NCBI GenBank assembly: GCA_038045385.1
Contig: JBBSYE010000008.1
Span: forward strand, 11,208 to 75,207
Origin: Nanobdellota archaeon
GTDB taxonomy: Archaea > Nanobdellota > Nanobdellia > Pacearchaeales > GW2011-AR1
Length of the DNA stretch: 64,000 nt
Direction: 5' to 3'
This document shows positions 26,138 through 35,496 of the stretch, piece by piece. A model generated the notes under the pieces. It ran no database searches and was not told the DNA's origin. It saw only the letters and a list, made by a program, of their open reading frames with translations. Made by a program: the position numbers and the translations under genes. Position 1 is the stretch's first letter; each line of letters opens with the position of its first letter.

Positions 26138-26458
26138 TTATTGTTGTCCTGAAAACAAAGAAACCAGTGTTTTATCTATCTCTTTATCAATTAGCTGAAA
26201 TTTTCTTTCATTCAAGAAAGTTCTTTTTGACAGCTCATCGTGAAGCCTTTTTTTAAGCAGAGCTTTAATTTCAGCTTTATCTTGCGTATTCCAATTATAA
26301 TCGAGAGCTAGTTTTTCTGCTTGAATAAGATAATTCTGAGATTCTTTTTTGTACTTATCTGCATACATATCGCCACTATTTACGATAGAACCAATGCTGT
26401 GGGCTAAGGCTAAGGATAAGAATACTACTAAATTTTTTATTTTATCTTTTTTTGTCAT
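26138..26458 (-). CDS. Hypothetical small protein downstream of the NTase gene
   Basis: The ATG at 26458 gives MTKKDKIKNLVVFLSLALAHSIG..., a hydrophobic N-terminus followed by a helical region. It overlaps the NTase gene end by 17 nt. Confidence 0.4.
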   Translation of the reverse strand: MTKKDKIKNLVVFLSLALAHSIGSIVNSGDMYADKYKKESQNYLIQAEKLALDYNWNTQDKAEIKALLKKRLHDELSKRTFLNERKFQLIDKEIDKTLVSLFSGQQ

Positions 26459-27236
26459 GATTAAGAATAGCGTAAATTTCTGCAATTTCTTTTCTTAATA
26501 TGTTTTGAAGCTCTTTCTGTGTTTTTTTGGCTAATTGATGGTCATTTTTCATAACGCTAAAAATTTTTTCTCCAATGGTTTCTTTAATCTCTAAATCTAT
26601 GTTTTTTTGAGAATATTCTTTTCTTTCGAGAAAATGTTTTATTGATAATAGCTTTCTTAAAGAATCATAAAAAACCTTTCCAGAATCTAGAGGATATTTT
26701 GATAGGTCTTCTGGAAACATCAATAAATATTTTATGTGGTTTTCATCAATTATTATTGGGGGCATCTTTGGAATAGGCTTATTTGAAAGAGAATTATAGA
26801 GCATGCTTCTAACTAATGGAGAAATTTTTAACTGTTCAGATAGTTCTTTTTCATTAACGCAGATTAAATGCATTTTAAAATTAACTTCTTTTGTAATTAT
26901 TGAATGAAATTTCTCTTCTAAATTTTTGATTTCAGAAACAATCATAACATCTATATCGTTATAGTCTAAGTCTTTTGTAAGAAAAGAGCCGAAAATAAAA
27001 ACTTGCTTTATTTCGGGATATCTTGTAAGAACGGAGAAAATTTTCCTTGTTATTTCTTCTTTGAATGGACTCAATTTTTGCGTATTTTTTGAATAATAAA
27101 ATTTTGAACCCTTCTCTAAAAGATTTACTTCAACAAGGTCTCCGACTTCAAAGTAAGGCATTTTATCTTTTGGTATGTAAATCTGATTAAACCTGCTCCC
27201 TCGTGAGATTACATGAGTAAAGGTCTGATTGTTCAT
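26442..27236 (-). CDS. AbrB-like N-terminal domain plus minimal nucleotidyltransferase domain protein
   Basis: IYIPKDKMPYFEVGDLVEV is AbrB/SpoVT-like. VFIFGSFLTKDLDYNDIDVMIVS is the GS...D.D polymerase-beta NTase motif. Confidence 0.6.
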   Translation of the reverse strand: MNNQTFTHVISRGSRFNQIYIPKDKMPYFEVGDLVEVNLLEKGSKFYYSKNTQKLSPFKEEITRKIFSVLTRYPEIKQVFIFGSFLTKDLDYNDIDVMIVSEIKNLEEKFHSIITKEVNFKMHLICVNEKELSEQLKISPLVRSMLYNSLSNKPIPKMPPIIIDENHIKYLLMFPEDLSKYPLDSGKVFYDSLRKLLSIKHFLERKEYSQKNIDLEIKETIGEKIFSVMKNDHQLAKKTQKELQNILRKEIAEIYAILNHDKKR

Positions 27237-27305
27237 AATACGGACTAAGTACGTACTATTTATAAGGTTTGTGGTATGTCTGAATAAATGAAATTAATAA
27301 GAATC

Positions 27306-28868
27306 TTAGTTTTTCTGCATGTGTCTTAATTTTCTCAAAACGTCTACAATTGGATTTTTCGTTTGTGGCTCTTTATCCAATAAATTGAGGTCTTTATAGA
27401 AACTTGCATTTGAATAATTTGGCGGGAGAATTTTGCGTTTTTGTCTAAAATTCCAATCTATCTGACTTTTTATGTACCCTTCTTTTAAGGGGATTTTATT
27501 TTTTTTGTTCCATTCATATATTTTTGCAACAATATAATCTTCTGGGAATTCAAGACAGCGTAAGAAAGTAAGAAGTATGAATAACCCTCTCTTTCTGCCG
27601 TCTGTTAAACCTTGGAGAAGTTTTTTTATTGCGGGAGGAAAATCTTTTTCAGAAACCCCTGAAAAATCTGCGCTTTGAGTGTATTCTGATTTCTTTTGAT
27701 AAGATTTTTCTTCAAATTGCTTTTTTTCTTTATAGTATGCGAGGGCTGCGTTCAAAAGAAATAGGGCTTCATTTTCTTCTGCAACTGGATAAAAGTCCCT
27801 TATTATAACTTTTAGAGGGTCTGCGTCTCTTGGACTAAATTTATCTATTTCTTCTTTTTTTATCACAATACTTGCAAGAGCGGTTTTTTCATGAAGAGAG
27901 TATGGCATTCTGAATAGATGTCTTGGGGAAACAAGCACAAGGTCTAAAGAGCCTAACTTGTTGGCATCAAACTCTTCTTCGAATTTTGCTGACTGGTTAG
28001 AGCCTTTTTCATAGATTATTTTTTGGGGATTTGTGATATCTTGAGTTTTATTGAAAGAACTTGTTTTGCAGTTCTCGCAATAATAGTATTTCTTTCTTTC
28101 AATTTCTTCAAAGAAACCAGGACAAGTAGGGTCAGTGCATTTTAACTTGCGCTTTGTAGGTTGATAGTCTGGCCTTTCATATGGAGTATTGCAGCGGTTA
28201 CATTCAAAGCGTACACTCTGTTTTTCTATTGATCTTGAGCCACATGAAGGGCACTTGGCTTCAAATAAATCGGATTTTGCAAGATTAGTCTTTCTTTGTA
28301 AGGCTTCAAAATTAACTCCCGTTTCAGAGACTAGACGATTATATTTTGGCTTTATTGAATGAGTAATATATTCGACAAGGGCTCTTGGCCACTCTGGAAA
28401 GGTTTTTCTTACTTCTTGACCGAGGTGAATTTCTGGAAATGCGCTTGAAGGAACTATTATATGGAAACCTTTATTGCCGGAGAATTTTATTCCATAAGAA
28501 AAGACTTTGTTTAATTCAAGAAATTCTATTACTAACTTTAGAGCAATTTTTGAATAATCTATATATGGGGAGTCTATATCTATTAGTAAGTCCCATCCGC
28601 TTCTTAATTCAGACATTTCATCTGGAGTCATTTCAGTAGTTAGTTTTAGGGGGTCAGACCATAATTCCTCAGAACCATGGAAAGAAGTTGCTCCGCGTGC
28701 AACAAGATTGGTTATATCATTTTCATAGCTTAACATATCTGGTCGCTTGCCGAAGCCTTCACCATAGCGTGGAACAACTTCACGATTTTTTGAAAATGAT
28801 AATATTGCTTTTACAACCTTGGGATTTGAATAGTAAAGGTTTGTGATTTTATTTATTTTTTCGCTCAT
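27306..28868 (-). CDS. priS: DNA primase catalytic subunit PriS with Zn-ribbon insert and C-terminal helical extension
   Basis: GFGKRPD, WDLLIDIDS (DxD) and KFSGNKGFHIIVP are AEP motifs. Also CPSCGS...CNRC, and a C-terminal roughly 120-aa helical domain (GRKRGLFILLTFL). Confidence 0.8.
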   Translation of the reverse strand: MSEKINKITNLYYSNPKVVKAILSFSKNREVVPRYGEGFGKRPDMLSYENDITNLVARGATSFHGSEELWSDPLKLTTEMTPDEMSELRSGWDLLIDIDSPYIDYSKIALKLVIEFLELNKVFSYGIKFSGNKGFHIIVPSSAFPEIHLGQEVRKTFPEWPRALVEYITHSIKPKYNRLVSETGVNFEALQRKTNLAKSDLFEAKCPSCGSRSIEKQSVRFECNRCNTPYERPDYQPTKRKLKCTDPTCPGFFEEIERKKYYYCENCKTSSFNKTQDITNPQKIIYEKGSNQSAKFEEEFDANKLGSLDLVLVSPRHLFRMPYSLHEKTALASIVIKKEEIDKFSPRDADPLKVIIRDFYPVAEENEALFLLNAALAYYKEKKQFEEKSYQKKSEYTQSADFSGVSEKDFPPAIKKLLQGLTDGRKRGLFILLTFLRCLEFPEDYIVAKIYEWNKKNKIPLKEGYIKSQIDWNFRQKRKILPPNYSNASFYKDLNLLDKEPQTKNPIVDVLRKLRHMQKN

Positions 28869-28963
28869 GGAAAATCCAACTTGGAGTATTATATATTGTT
28901 TGCTGTTGGCTTCTAACACTCAAACATCATAAAGCTTAAAAGTGATATATGCTCGGAGGTAAT

Positions 28964-29692
28964 ATGATGTTAAAATTGGATGACCCTAAGTTGTTTGCGA
29001 ATATAATATCCATTATATCTGAGCTAGTTACGGAGGTAAGATTAAAGATTACAAAAGAGGGAATGGGGTTGGTTGCTATTGACCCTGCGAGCGTTGCTAT
29101 GGCTTATTTCCATATTCCTGCAGAGCTATTCTCGATATTTGAAGTTGAAAAAGATGAAGTTTTGGGAATTAATTTAGATAATCTACATTCAGTCTTAAGA
29201 AGGTGCGGACTTGGGAGCTCATTGACTTTGGAAAAACATGAAAATACTTTGAGATTGGGAATTCATGATAAAATAAAGCGCGACTTTACCTTGGCGCTGA
29301 TTAGCGTTGAAGGCGAAGATAGGGAGTTTCCAAAATGGGAATTTACAAGTGTGATAAAGATGGATGCTCAAGCTTTTGTTGAAGTAATTGAAGATTGTAT
29401 GGTTGTTTCTGATGCATGTACATTTTTTGCAGAGCCAAATAAGTTCTCTGTTGAAGCGAGAGGATTAAATTCTGCAAGAGCTGAATTTTCAAGTGATGAA
29501 ATTGAGATTTATTCTGATACTAGCTCCGCTCGTTTCTCGCTGGAATATTTGAGCAAGTTTGTTAAGGGAGCAAAGATAGCTTCAAGAGTTGAGATTAATT
29601 TTTCAGATAATAAACCGATGAGAATAAACTTCCCTTCTGGAAAAGTTATGTTGTCTTTTGTTCTTGCACCGAGAGTTGAGCAGGACGATTAA
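28964..29692 (+). CDS. pcn: DNA polymerase sliding clamp PCNA
   Basis: MMLKLDDPKLFANIISIISELVTEVRLKITKEGMGLVAIDPASVAM with a two-domain length of about 243 aa. The exact start (28949, 28964 or 28967) is uncertain. Confidence 0.85.
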   Translation: MMLKLDDPKLFANIISIISELVTEVRLKITKEGMGLVAIDPASVAMAYFHIPAELFSIFEVEKDEVLGINLDNLHSVLRRCGLGSSLTLEKHENTLRLGIHDKIKRDFTLALISVEGEDREFPKWEFTSVIKMDAQAFVEVIEDCMVVSDACTFFAEPNKFSVEARGLNSARAEFSSDEIEIYSDTSSARFSLEYLSKFVKGAKIASRVEINFSDNKPMRINFPSGKVMLSFVLAPRVEQDD

Positions 29693-29720
29693 TTTAAATA
29701 TTATCAGAATTTAGCTTGTT

Positions 29721-30089
29721 ATGCCTTTCTCAAGAATGATTAGGAACTCGGTTATTATCGGAATAATCCTTGCAATAGTCTTTCCTATTTTGTTTTTATT
29801 TTCAGATATTGATATTTTGTCAGAAGGTTTACTTTATTTGGGATTTTCTGCTTTAAGCATTTTAATATTTGGAGGATTTGGAGCATTTTTTGAATCTCCT
29901 ATTGCTCTATTTTACTTAGTCTTGCATTTTGGAATATTTGTCTTGCTAAGCTTAGGAATTTCTTTTTTATATAATCATTTTAGAAAAAGTAAAGAAATTT
30001 CATTTTTACATCAAATTTTGGTTGCTTTCATTGTAACTTTAATTATATCTTTTTTAGTTGGACTAATTAGCTATTCTTTTTTGATTTAA
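29721..30089 (+). CDS. Integral membrane protein
   Basis: 122 aa with four hydrophobic segments. Confidence 0.45.
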   Translation: MPFSRMIRNSVIIGIILAIVFPILFLFSDIDILSEGLLYLGFSALSILIFGGFGAFFESPIALFYLVLHFGIFVLLSLGISFLYNHFRKSKEISFLHQILVAFIVTLIISFLVGLISYSFLI

Positions 30090-30111
30090 TACTTCGTAAT
30101 ACTTTTTAAGA

Positions 30112-30129
30112 TAAAGTATATAAAGTATA
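30112..30129 (+). repeat. Tandem 9-nt duplication taaagtata x2 in the promoter region of the RHH/pilin-like operon
   Basis: taaagtata occurs at 30112-30120 and again at 30121-30129. It is TATA-like and lies about 20-30 nt upstream of the GTG at 30146. Confidence 0.6.
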
Positions 30130-30145
30130 TTTTGTGTTATTTTAT

Positions 30146-30286
30146 GTGAAAACTAGAGTTTCATTTACTATTGAAGAGGATTTAGATAAGAAGCTTGATG
30201 CTAAACTCAAGGATACAAAATATAGAAATAAGTCTCATTTGATTGAAATTGCTCTACGTAAATTTATTGAGGAGAAAAATGATTAA
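30146..30286 (+). CDS. Ribbon-helix-helix (CopG-like) DNA-binding protein
   Basis: 46-aa ORF absent from the track: VKTRVSFTIEEDLDKKLDAKLKDTKYRNKSHLIEIALRKFIEEKND. It starts at GTG (start uncertain) and overlaps the next gene by 8 nt. Confidence 0.5.
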   Translation: MKTRVSFTIEEDLDKKLDAKLKDTKYRNKSHLIEIALRKFIEEKND

Positions 30287-31031
30287 AAGAGGACAAGTAG
30301 TTATTTTTGTTATAATTGCGCTTTTGCTTATCGGAGCTTTGCTTTTATTTTTTACTCTGCGAAATTCCCCAAGTGTAGCGATTGGGGAAGAATTTTCTGC
30401 ACAAGCTTTCTTAGGGCAATGTTTACGTCCTGAAATAGTGAAAAATGTTGATTCTCTTCTTGCTAAAGGCGGATTTGCTGAGCCGAATGATACAATTATT
30501 TACGATGATAAAAAAATAATTTATTTGTGTAAAAATATAAATTATTATGAAAAATGTATAATGCAACATCCAACTTATATTGATGAAGTCAGAAACGAAC
30601 TTGAGCGAGAACTTGGGGATGAGATTACGAATTGTTTTACTCTTTTGAACGATGAATTGAATAGAAGAGGATTTAATGTATCTGAAAAAGAACTTGAGTA
30701 TTCTGCTGTTCTAAAACAGGGCTCTGCTGAAATTTCTATTGACAAAGAACTTGTTTTATCAAAGGGAGAAACAAGCGAGAGTTTTGATAATTTTATTATT
30801 ATCGCAAAAAGCCCTATTTATGAGCTTCTTGATGCTGCTCAAGAAATAGCTCGGCAAGAGGGACAGTTCTGTTATTTTGAAAACCTTGGATATAGTTTAA
30901 TTTATCGGGATATAAGTATCGATAAAGATATCATGTCAGAAGCAACAAAGATTTATACACTTACCCATAAGGAAAGTGGGAAGAAACTGATGATTGCAAT
31001 AAGGGGGTGTGCTATTCCAGCCGGACTATGA
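30279..31031 (+). CDS. Pilin-like protein A1 (class III signal peptide plus ~220-aa globular domain)
   Basis: MIKRGQVVIFVIIALLLIGALLLFF. Paralogous to 34735-35496 (for example LGQCLRPE/MRSCLKSK, IIYLCKN/IQYLCYT, and a PAG ending). Confidence 0.6.
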   Translation: MIKRGQVVIFVIIALLLIGALLLFFTLRNSPSVAIGEEFSAQAFLGQCLRPEIVKNVDSLLAKGGFAEPNDTIIYDDKKIIYLCKNINYYEKCIMQHPTYIDEVRNELERELGDEITNCFTLLNDELNRRGFNVSEKELEYSAVLKQGSAEISIDKELVLSKGETSESFDNFIIIAKSPIYELLDAAQEIARQEGQFCYFENLGYSLIYRDISIDKDIMSEATKIYTLTHKESGKKLMIAIRGCAIPAGL

Positions 31032-34000
31032 AATTAACTGCTTTATTTGAGATTGCGCTTCTAGTTGTTGCGATTGCTTCTTTTTCTTATATCATTGGCC
31101 AGTATGATGCTCAAATAGGAGAGATAGAAGAAGAGGGGAAATTTGTTAAGGCCGCTAGAGGAATAATAATAGGTTTACTTGATGATAATTTAGTTTCTGC
31201 GGCAGATGGTATTTGGACTTGTGCGCAAGATAAACAGGGAAGTGTTTGTCAAGAATATCCTGCAATTAATTGTAATGCAAATTGCAACGTTCCATGTTTT
31301 ACTGGGAGAAGAGCTGACTTTGGGGATTGTCGCTTGGGAACTTGTATTGATAAAATAGAAGGAACTTGCTCTCCGCAGAGTCCAAAAAAACTTTGTGAAT
31401 CCGGAAGTGGGGTGTGGAAAGCTGATGAGACTTCTGAGCTTGTTGAATGTAGAAGAGGATGCTGTCTTATTGGGGATGGAGCTCAATTTTTAACCGAAAA
31501 AAGTTGTCAGACTTCACAGGCGAGATTGGGGCTTGCGGGAGAATTTAGGCCCGTTGATAATGAACTTCAATGCCTTGCTTTAGCAAATAGGGAAGTTGAG
31601 GGGGCGTGTGTATTTGGCTTAGAAGAAGATAGAAGTTGTAAATTCATTAAAAAGGGAAGCTGTCTTGATCAGGGAGGACAATTCTTTGAGAATAAGCTAT
31701 GTTCAAGTGCTGAATTGCAAACTGATTGTGAAAAACAAAAAAGAATTGGATGCTTTCCAGATAGAGATGAAGTCTATTGGTTTGATAGTTGTGGAAATCG
31801 CGAGAATATATATGATGCGAATAAAGATAAAAGTTGGAATAACGGTTTAATCTTGGCTAAAGGGGGCAGTTGTGAATTAGCCATAGGAAATAATTTGCTG
31901 GCTAGACAGGGAAGTTGTGGAAATTGTAATTATCTTTTAGGTAGTGTTTGTGGTGTGCCTAGAGCGCAGGATGAAAAGCCTTCTGCTGGAAATGCTGTAT
32001 GTCGCGACTTAAATTGTATTGATGAAAAGGGAAATAAGAGAAAACATGGAGAGGCCTGGTGTGCTTTTGAAAGTCAAATTGGGATAGAAGGAACTGGTAA
32101 TGCGCAGAGAAGTGTTGACGTGCCGGGAAGCACTCATTACAGAAAGGTTTGCTTTGAAGGGGAGATAAAAATTGAGCCTTGTCAGGGTTTTAGAAATGAA
32201 GTTTGCGTTGAATCTAGAGATGAAGTAGCTAAGTTTTCGCAGGCGCAATGTAGAGTTAATTTATGGCAGAAATGTCTTGAAGCAAATGGCGATAAGGATA
32301 AACTTGCTGATTGTGAGAAAACTACAGATTGTAAGATAAAAACTGTTGACTTAGGAAAAGGATTTAAGTTTGACAGATGCGTTCCTAAAACTCCACCTGG
32401 TTTTGATTTATTAGCTAACGCAGGAGGAGAAGTCTCAGAAGGTCTTTGTAGTCTTGGGACGCAGACTTGTACAGTAGTTTATCAGAAAAGCATTACCGGA
32501 AAATGGAAGTGTAAACAAAATTGCGATTGTAGAAAAGCAAAGTTTACGGAAACTATGAATAATCTTTGTATGAGTTTGGGAGATTGTGGGGCTAGTGTTA
32601 ATGTTGCTGGAGAATTTACTGATGCAGGTTATAGTGTTAAGAAAGCGCCTAAGTTATCGCAGGCTTACATTGCCGCGCTGAAAACGCTAGCGACGCCAAA
32701 AGAGGGGCAGAAAGTTGCGCCTTTATCTGAAGCGGAAATTACGGCGCTCTTTAATTTGGACCCTTCACAATCATCAAGTTCAAAGCAAAGTAAAATTGGC
32801 GAATATCTTGGATATCTTGGCCTTGGAGCTACAGGCACTGCTTATGCTGCGGGGGCAATTCTTGGTCCTTCTGTAGGGCCTGGAGCGATAAGTTATACCT
32901 TTGGTCAATTTGGCGCTTGGGGAAATGCTCTCGGTTCTGTCGCAGCTGGGGCTGCAATAGGTTTTGTCATTGGAAAAGCTCTTGGATTAGAGGGGGATGC
33001 TTTGACGGCAGTTGTTTTAGCGAGCGCAATTACGGCGGTAGTAGTCACGCAATTTTTCAATGTTGCTCTATTAAGTTTTGCATTCCTTGCTTGGGTTGGA
33101 GGTGTTGGATTAGTAGTAGGTATTGGTCTTTTACTTATTGGAGTTGGTAAAACTAAGAAAGTAAAAGTTGAATTTACATGTAATCCTTGGCAACCGCCTA
33201 AAGGAGGAGCAAGTTGTGATAAATGTGGAAAAGATGGATTACCTTGTAATAAATATCAATGTCAAAGTCTCGGGCAGTTATGTGAGTTTGTAAACGAAGG
33301 GACAAAAGATGAAGCCTGTATAAATGTAAATCCAAATGATGTTCTTTCGCCGATAATAAAGCCATATCAAGACGCGCTTATTGGAGGTTTTAGTTATACT
33401 AATATCGGAGATAATGGATATACTTTGAAAGGGTCTGGAAGCGATGGATGTGTTCCTGCATACCAACAAGTTCGCTTTGGAATTTCTCTAAATGAAAGAG
33501 GAGCTTGTAAGATTGATAGCGTGAGAAAAGTGAATTTTGATGCTATGGAATTTAATTTTGGAGGAAGTAGTTTGTATAAATTTAATCATACACAAATTCT
33601 ATTCCTTCCATCCCTTGATGCTCTTGCTCAAGCGCAAAGCGAGGGTGTTGTGCAAGATAATGAAGAGCCAATTGATACTGACTTGACAGTTGTTATTGAT
33701 CCTACAAAGAGAAATGATTTTACTATTTATGCAAGATGTCAAGATAAATCGGGAAATAGTAACGTGAATGAATATGCTATTAACTTCTGTATTTCTGCTG
33801 CGCCAGATAGAACTGCGCCAATAATAAATGAATTCATTCCTGCTTCGCCAGGATATATTGCTTTTGGAGGAACTGGAAGAAATGTTACATTTTTTGTTAA
33901 TGAGCCATCTGAATGTCGCTGGGCTAGCATTGATAGCGATTATGATTCAATGACTCAGCAAGCAATATGTAATAGCGACGTGGAAGATGTAACAATAAAA

Positions 34001-34696
34001 GGATTTGAATGCTCGACAAACTTGCCTGTTACGACTGATGTGAGTAATTACTATTTCAGATGTAAAGATCAACCTTGGCTGACTGGAAATGTGACTTTGG
34101 ATAATGGAAAGACTAGAAATAAGAATGCACAAAGCGCTCTTTATGTTTTAAGAAAGACTGCTATTCCATTGACTATTGTTTCTATAAATCCAAATAATAA
34201 AACGATAAGTTCTGGCGGAATTCCGATTGTTGTTGACTTGGAAGTTCAAACTGCTGGAGGGCAAGGACCAAGATATTGCGAATTTAGTAGTGCGGGGCAG
34301 TTTGTAACCTTCTTTGAAAATTCTGGAGATAGACATAAACAGCCAGGATTACAATTTATTGAACAGAGAGCTTATGATATCCCTATTAGATGTAAAGATG
34401 AGGCAGGGAATGTTGCTAGTTCTTCTGCGAAATTTACAACATATATTGATAATCAAGGGCCAAGGATAACTAGGGCCTTTAGACAAAATGGATTGACTAT
34501 TGTGACTAATGAAAATGCAAGATGCGCTTATAGCTTGAGAGATTGCACATTCTTATTTTCAAATGGAACTTTGCTGACTGGAAATGAACTTGTGCATAGC
34601 ACTTCATTTAATATTACGGCGACACATTACGTTTCTTGCAGAGATAGATTTGATAATCCTGGAGCTTGTATAGCAGTCAGAGCAGGAGAATTTTGA
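31028..34696 (+). CDS. Giant Cys-rich surface protein B1 (fused form): N-terminal Cys-rich ectodomain, Gly/Ala-rich multi-TM core, C-terminal Cys knot plus four Ig/HYR-like repeats
   Basis: The ATG at 31028 overlaps the A1 stop (ATGA). The N-terminal half is paralogous to 35493-37034 and the C-terminal half to 38830-41283. RC(K/R)D..GN motifs recur. Confidence 0.7.
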   Translation: MKLTALFEIALLVVAIASFSYIIGQYDAQIGEIEEEGKFVKAARGIIIGLLDDNLVSAADGIWTCAQDKQGSVCQEYPAINCNANCNVPCFTGRRADFGDCRLGTCIDKIEGTCSPQSPKKLCESGSGVWKADETSELVECRRGCCLIGDGAQFLTEKSCQTSQARLGLAGEFRPVDNELQCLALANREVEGACVFGLEEDRSCKFIKKGSCLDQGGQFFENKLCSSAELQTDCEKQKRIGCFPDRDEVYWFDSCGNRENIYDANKDKSWNNGLILAKGGSCELAIGNNLLARQGSCGNCNYLLGSVCGVPRAQDEKPSAGNAVCRDLNCIDEKGNKRKHGEAWCAFESQIGIEGTGNAQRSVDVPGSTHYRKVCFEGEIKIEPCQGFRNEVCVESRDEVAKFSQAQCRVNLWQKCLEANGDKDKLADCEKTTDCKIKTVDLGKGFKFDRCVPKTPPGFDLLANAGGEVSEGLCSLGTQTCTVVYQKSITGKWKCKQNCDCRKAKFTETMNNLCMSLGDCGASVNVAGEFTDAGYSVKKAPKLSQAYIAALKTLATPKEGQKVAPLSEAEITALFNLDPSQSSSSKQSKIGEYLGYLGLGATGTAYAAGAILGPSVGPGAISYTFGQFGAWGNALGSVAAGAAIGFVIGKALGLEGDALTAVVLASAITAVVVTQFFNVALLSFAFLAWVGGVGLVVGIGLLLIGVGKTKKVKVEFTCNPWQPPKGGASCDKCGKDGLPCNKYQCQSLGQLCEFVNEGTKDEACINVNPNDVLSPIIKPYQDALIGGFSYTNIGDNGYTLKGSGSDGCVPAYQQVRFGISLNERGACKIDSVRKVNFDAMEFNFGGSSLYKFNHTQILFLPSLDALAQAQSEGVVQDNEEPIDTDLTVVIDPTKRNDFTIYARCQDKSGNSNVNEYAINFCISAAPDRTAPIINEFIPASPGYIAFGGTGRNVTFFVNEPSECRWASIDSDYDSMTQQAICNSDVEDVTIKGFECSTNLPVTTDVSNYYFRCKDQPWLTGNVTLDNGKTRNKNAQSALYVLRKTAIPLTIVSINPNNKTISSGGIPIVVDLEVQTAGGQGPRYCEFSSAGQFVTFFENSGDRHKQPGLQFIEQRAYDIPIRCKDEAGNVASSSAKFTTYIDNQGPRITRAFRQNGLTIVTNENARCAYSLRDCTFLFSNGTLLTGNELVHSTSFNITATHYVSCRDRFDNPGACIAVRAGEF

Positions 34697-34734
34697 TGCG
34701 TAACTATTATAAACATTTGTCAGCTTCTAGAAAG

Positions 34735-35496
34735 ATGAAAAGAGGACAGGTAGCAATTTTTGTGATAGTTGCTATTGTGCTTGTAGGATTTGTTCTAGCT
34801 CTTTTCTTTTTACCGCAAGCTCGTGTTCTGCTACCTGGGGGAGAATCTCAAGATCCTGGAAGTTTTATGCGTTCATGTTTGAAGTCTAAATTAGAAGAAG
34901 GATTGGGGAAGCTGGCTGAACAGGGAGGCTCTTTGAATCCGTCTCCTTCTACTTCTTATCAAGGAAAAGAAATTCAATATCTATGTTATACTGATGAAAA
35001 TTATCTTCCTTGTATTGTGCAGAAACCGCTTCTTGTAAAAAGTTTTCAACAAGAACTTGAGAATTATGTTCGTTCAGATGTTAAAAGATGTGTCTCTGAT
35101 TTAAAAAGCGATTATGAATCTAGAGGTTACACTGTAAGCTCGAGCAGTGGAGATTTTAACGTAAGCATAATTCCAGGAAGAATATCTCTTGAACTTGAAG
35201 AGGGAATTACGATAAGCAAGGAAACTACGCAAACTTTTAAGTCATTTTCAGCGACGCAAAGCAGCGAGCTTTACAACTTATTATTGATTGCTACGAGTAT
35301 AGTGGATTTTGAATCTAAACTTGGAGATTCAGAAACAACTTTATATATACAATATTACCCTGAATTAAAGATAGAGAAAATGAGAAGAGATGCTGATAAA
35401 ATTTATACTTTAACTAACGTGAATAGTGGAGAGAGCTTTACTTTTGCTACACGAAGTTTAGTCTGGCCTGCGGGCTTTGGAGGAGAGTTATCGTGA
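34735..35496 (+). CDS. Pilin-like protein A2 (class III signal peptide), paralog of A1
   Basis: The ATG at 34735 gives MKRGQVAIFVIVAIVLVGFVLALFF. A TATA-like ctattataaa lies about 26 nt upstream. The stop overlaps the next GTG start. Confidence 0.6.
   Translation: MKRGQVAIFVIVAIVLVGFVLALFFLPQARVLLPGGESQDPGSFMRSCLKSKLEEGLGKLAEQGGSLNPSPSTSYQGKEIQYLCYTDENYLPCIVQKPLLVKSFQQELENYVRSDVKRCVSDLKSDYESRGYTVSSSSGDFNVSIIPGRISLELEEGITISKETTQTFKSFSATQSSELYNLLLIATSIVDFESKLGDSETTLYIQYYPELKIEKMRRDADKIYTLTNVNSGESFTFATRSLVWPAGFGGELS

Noticed and set aside
26138-26458. Small ORF upstream of the DGR target as the Avd accessory protein
   Set aside because: Its position is wrong (upstream of the target rather than between VR and TR/RT). 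It has a hydrophobic N-terminus and no recognisable Avd-like four-helix-bundle signature. It is left as hypothetical.
31007-31027. Upstream alternative starts for B1 (31007), A1 (30243), A2 (34666) and L1 (37015)
   Set aside because: The extensions overlap upstream genes and precede clear signal or class III N-termini. The internal ATGs sit about 25 nt after TATA-like boxes or form ATGA overlaps.
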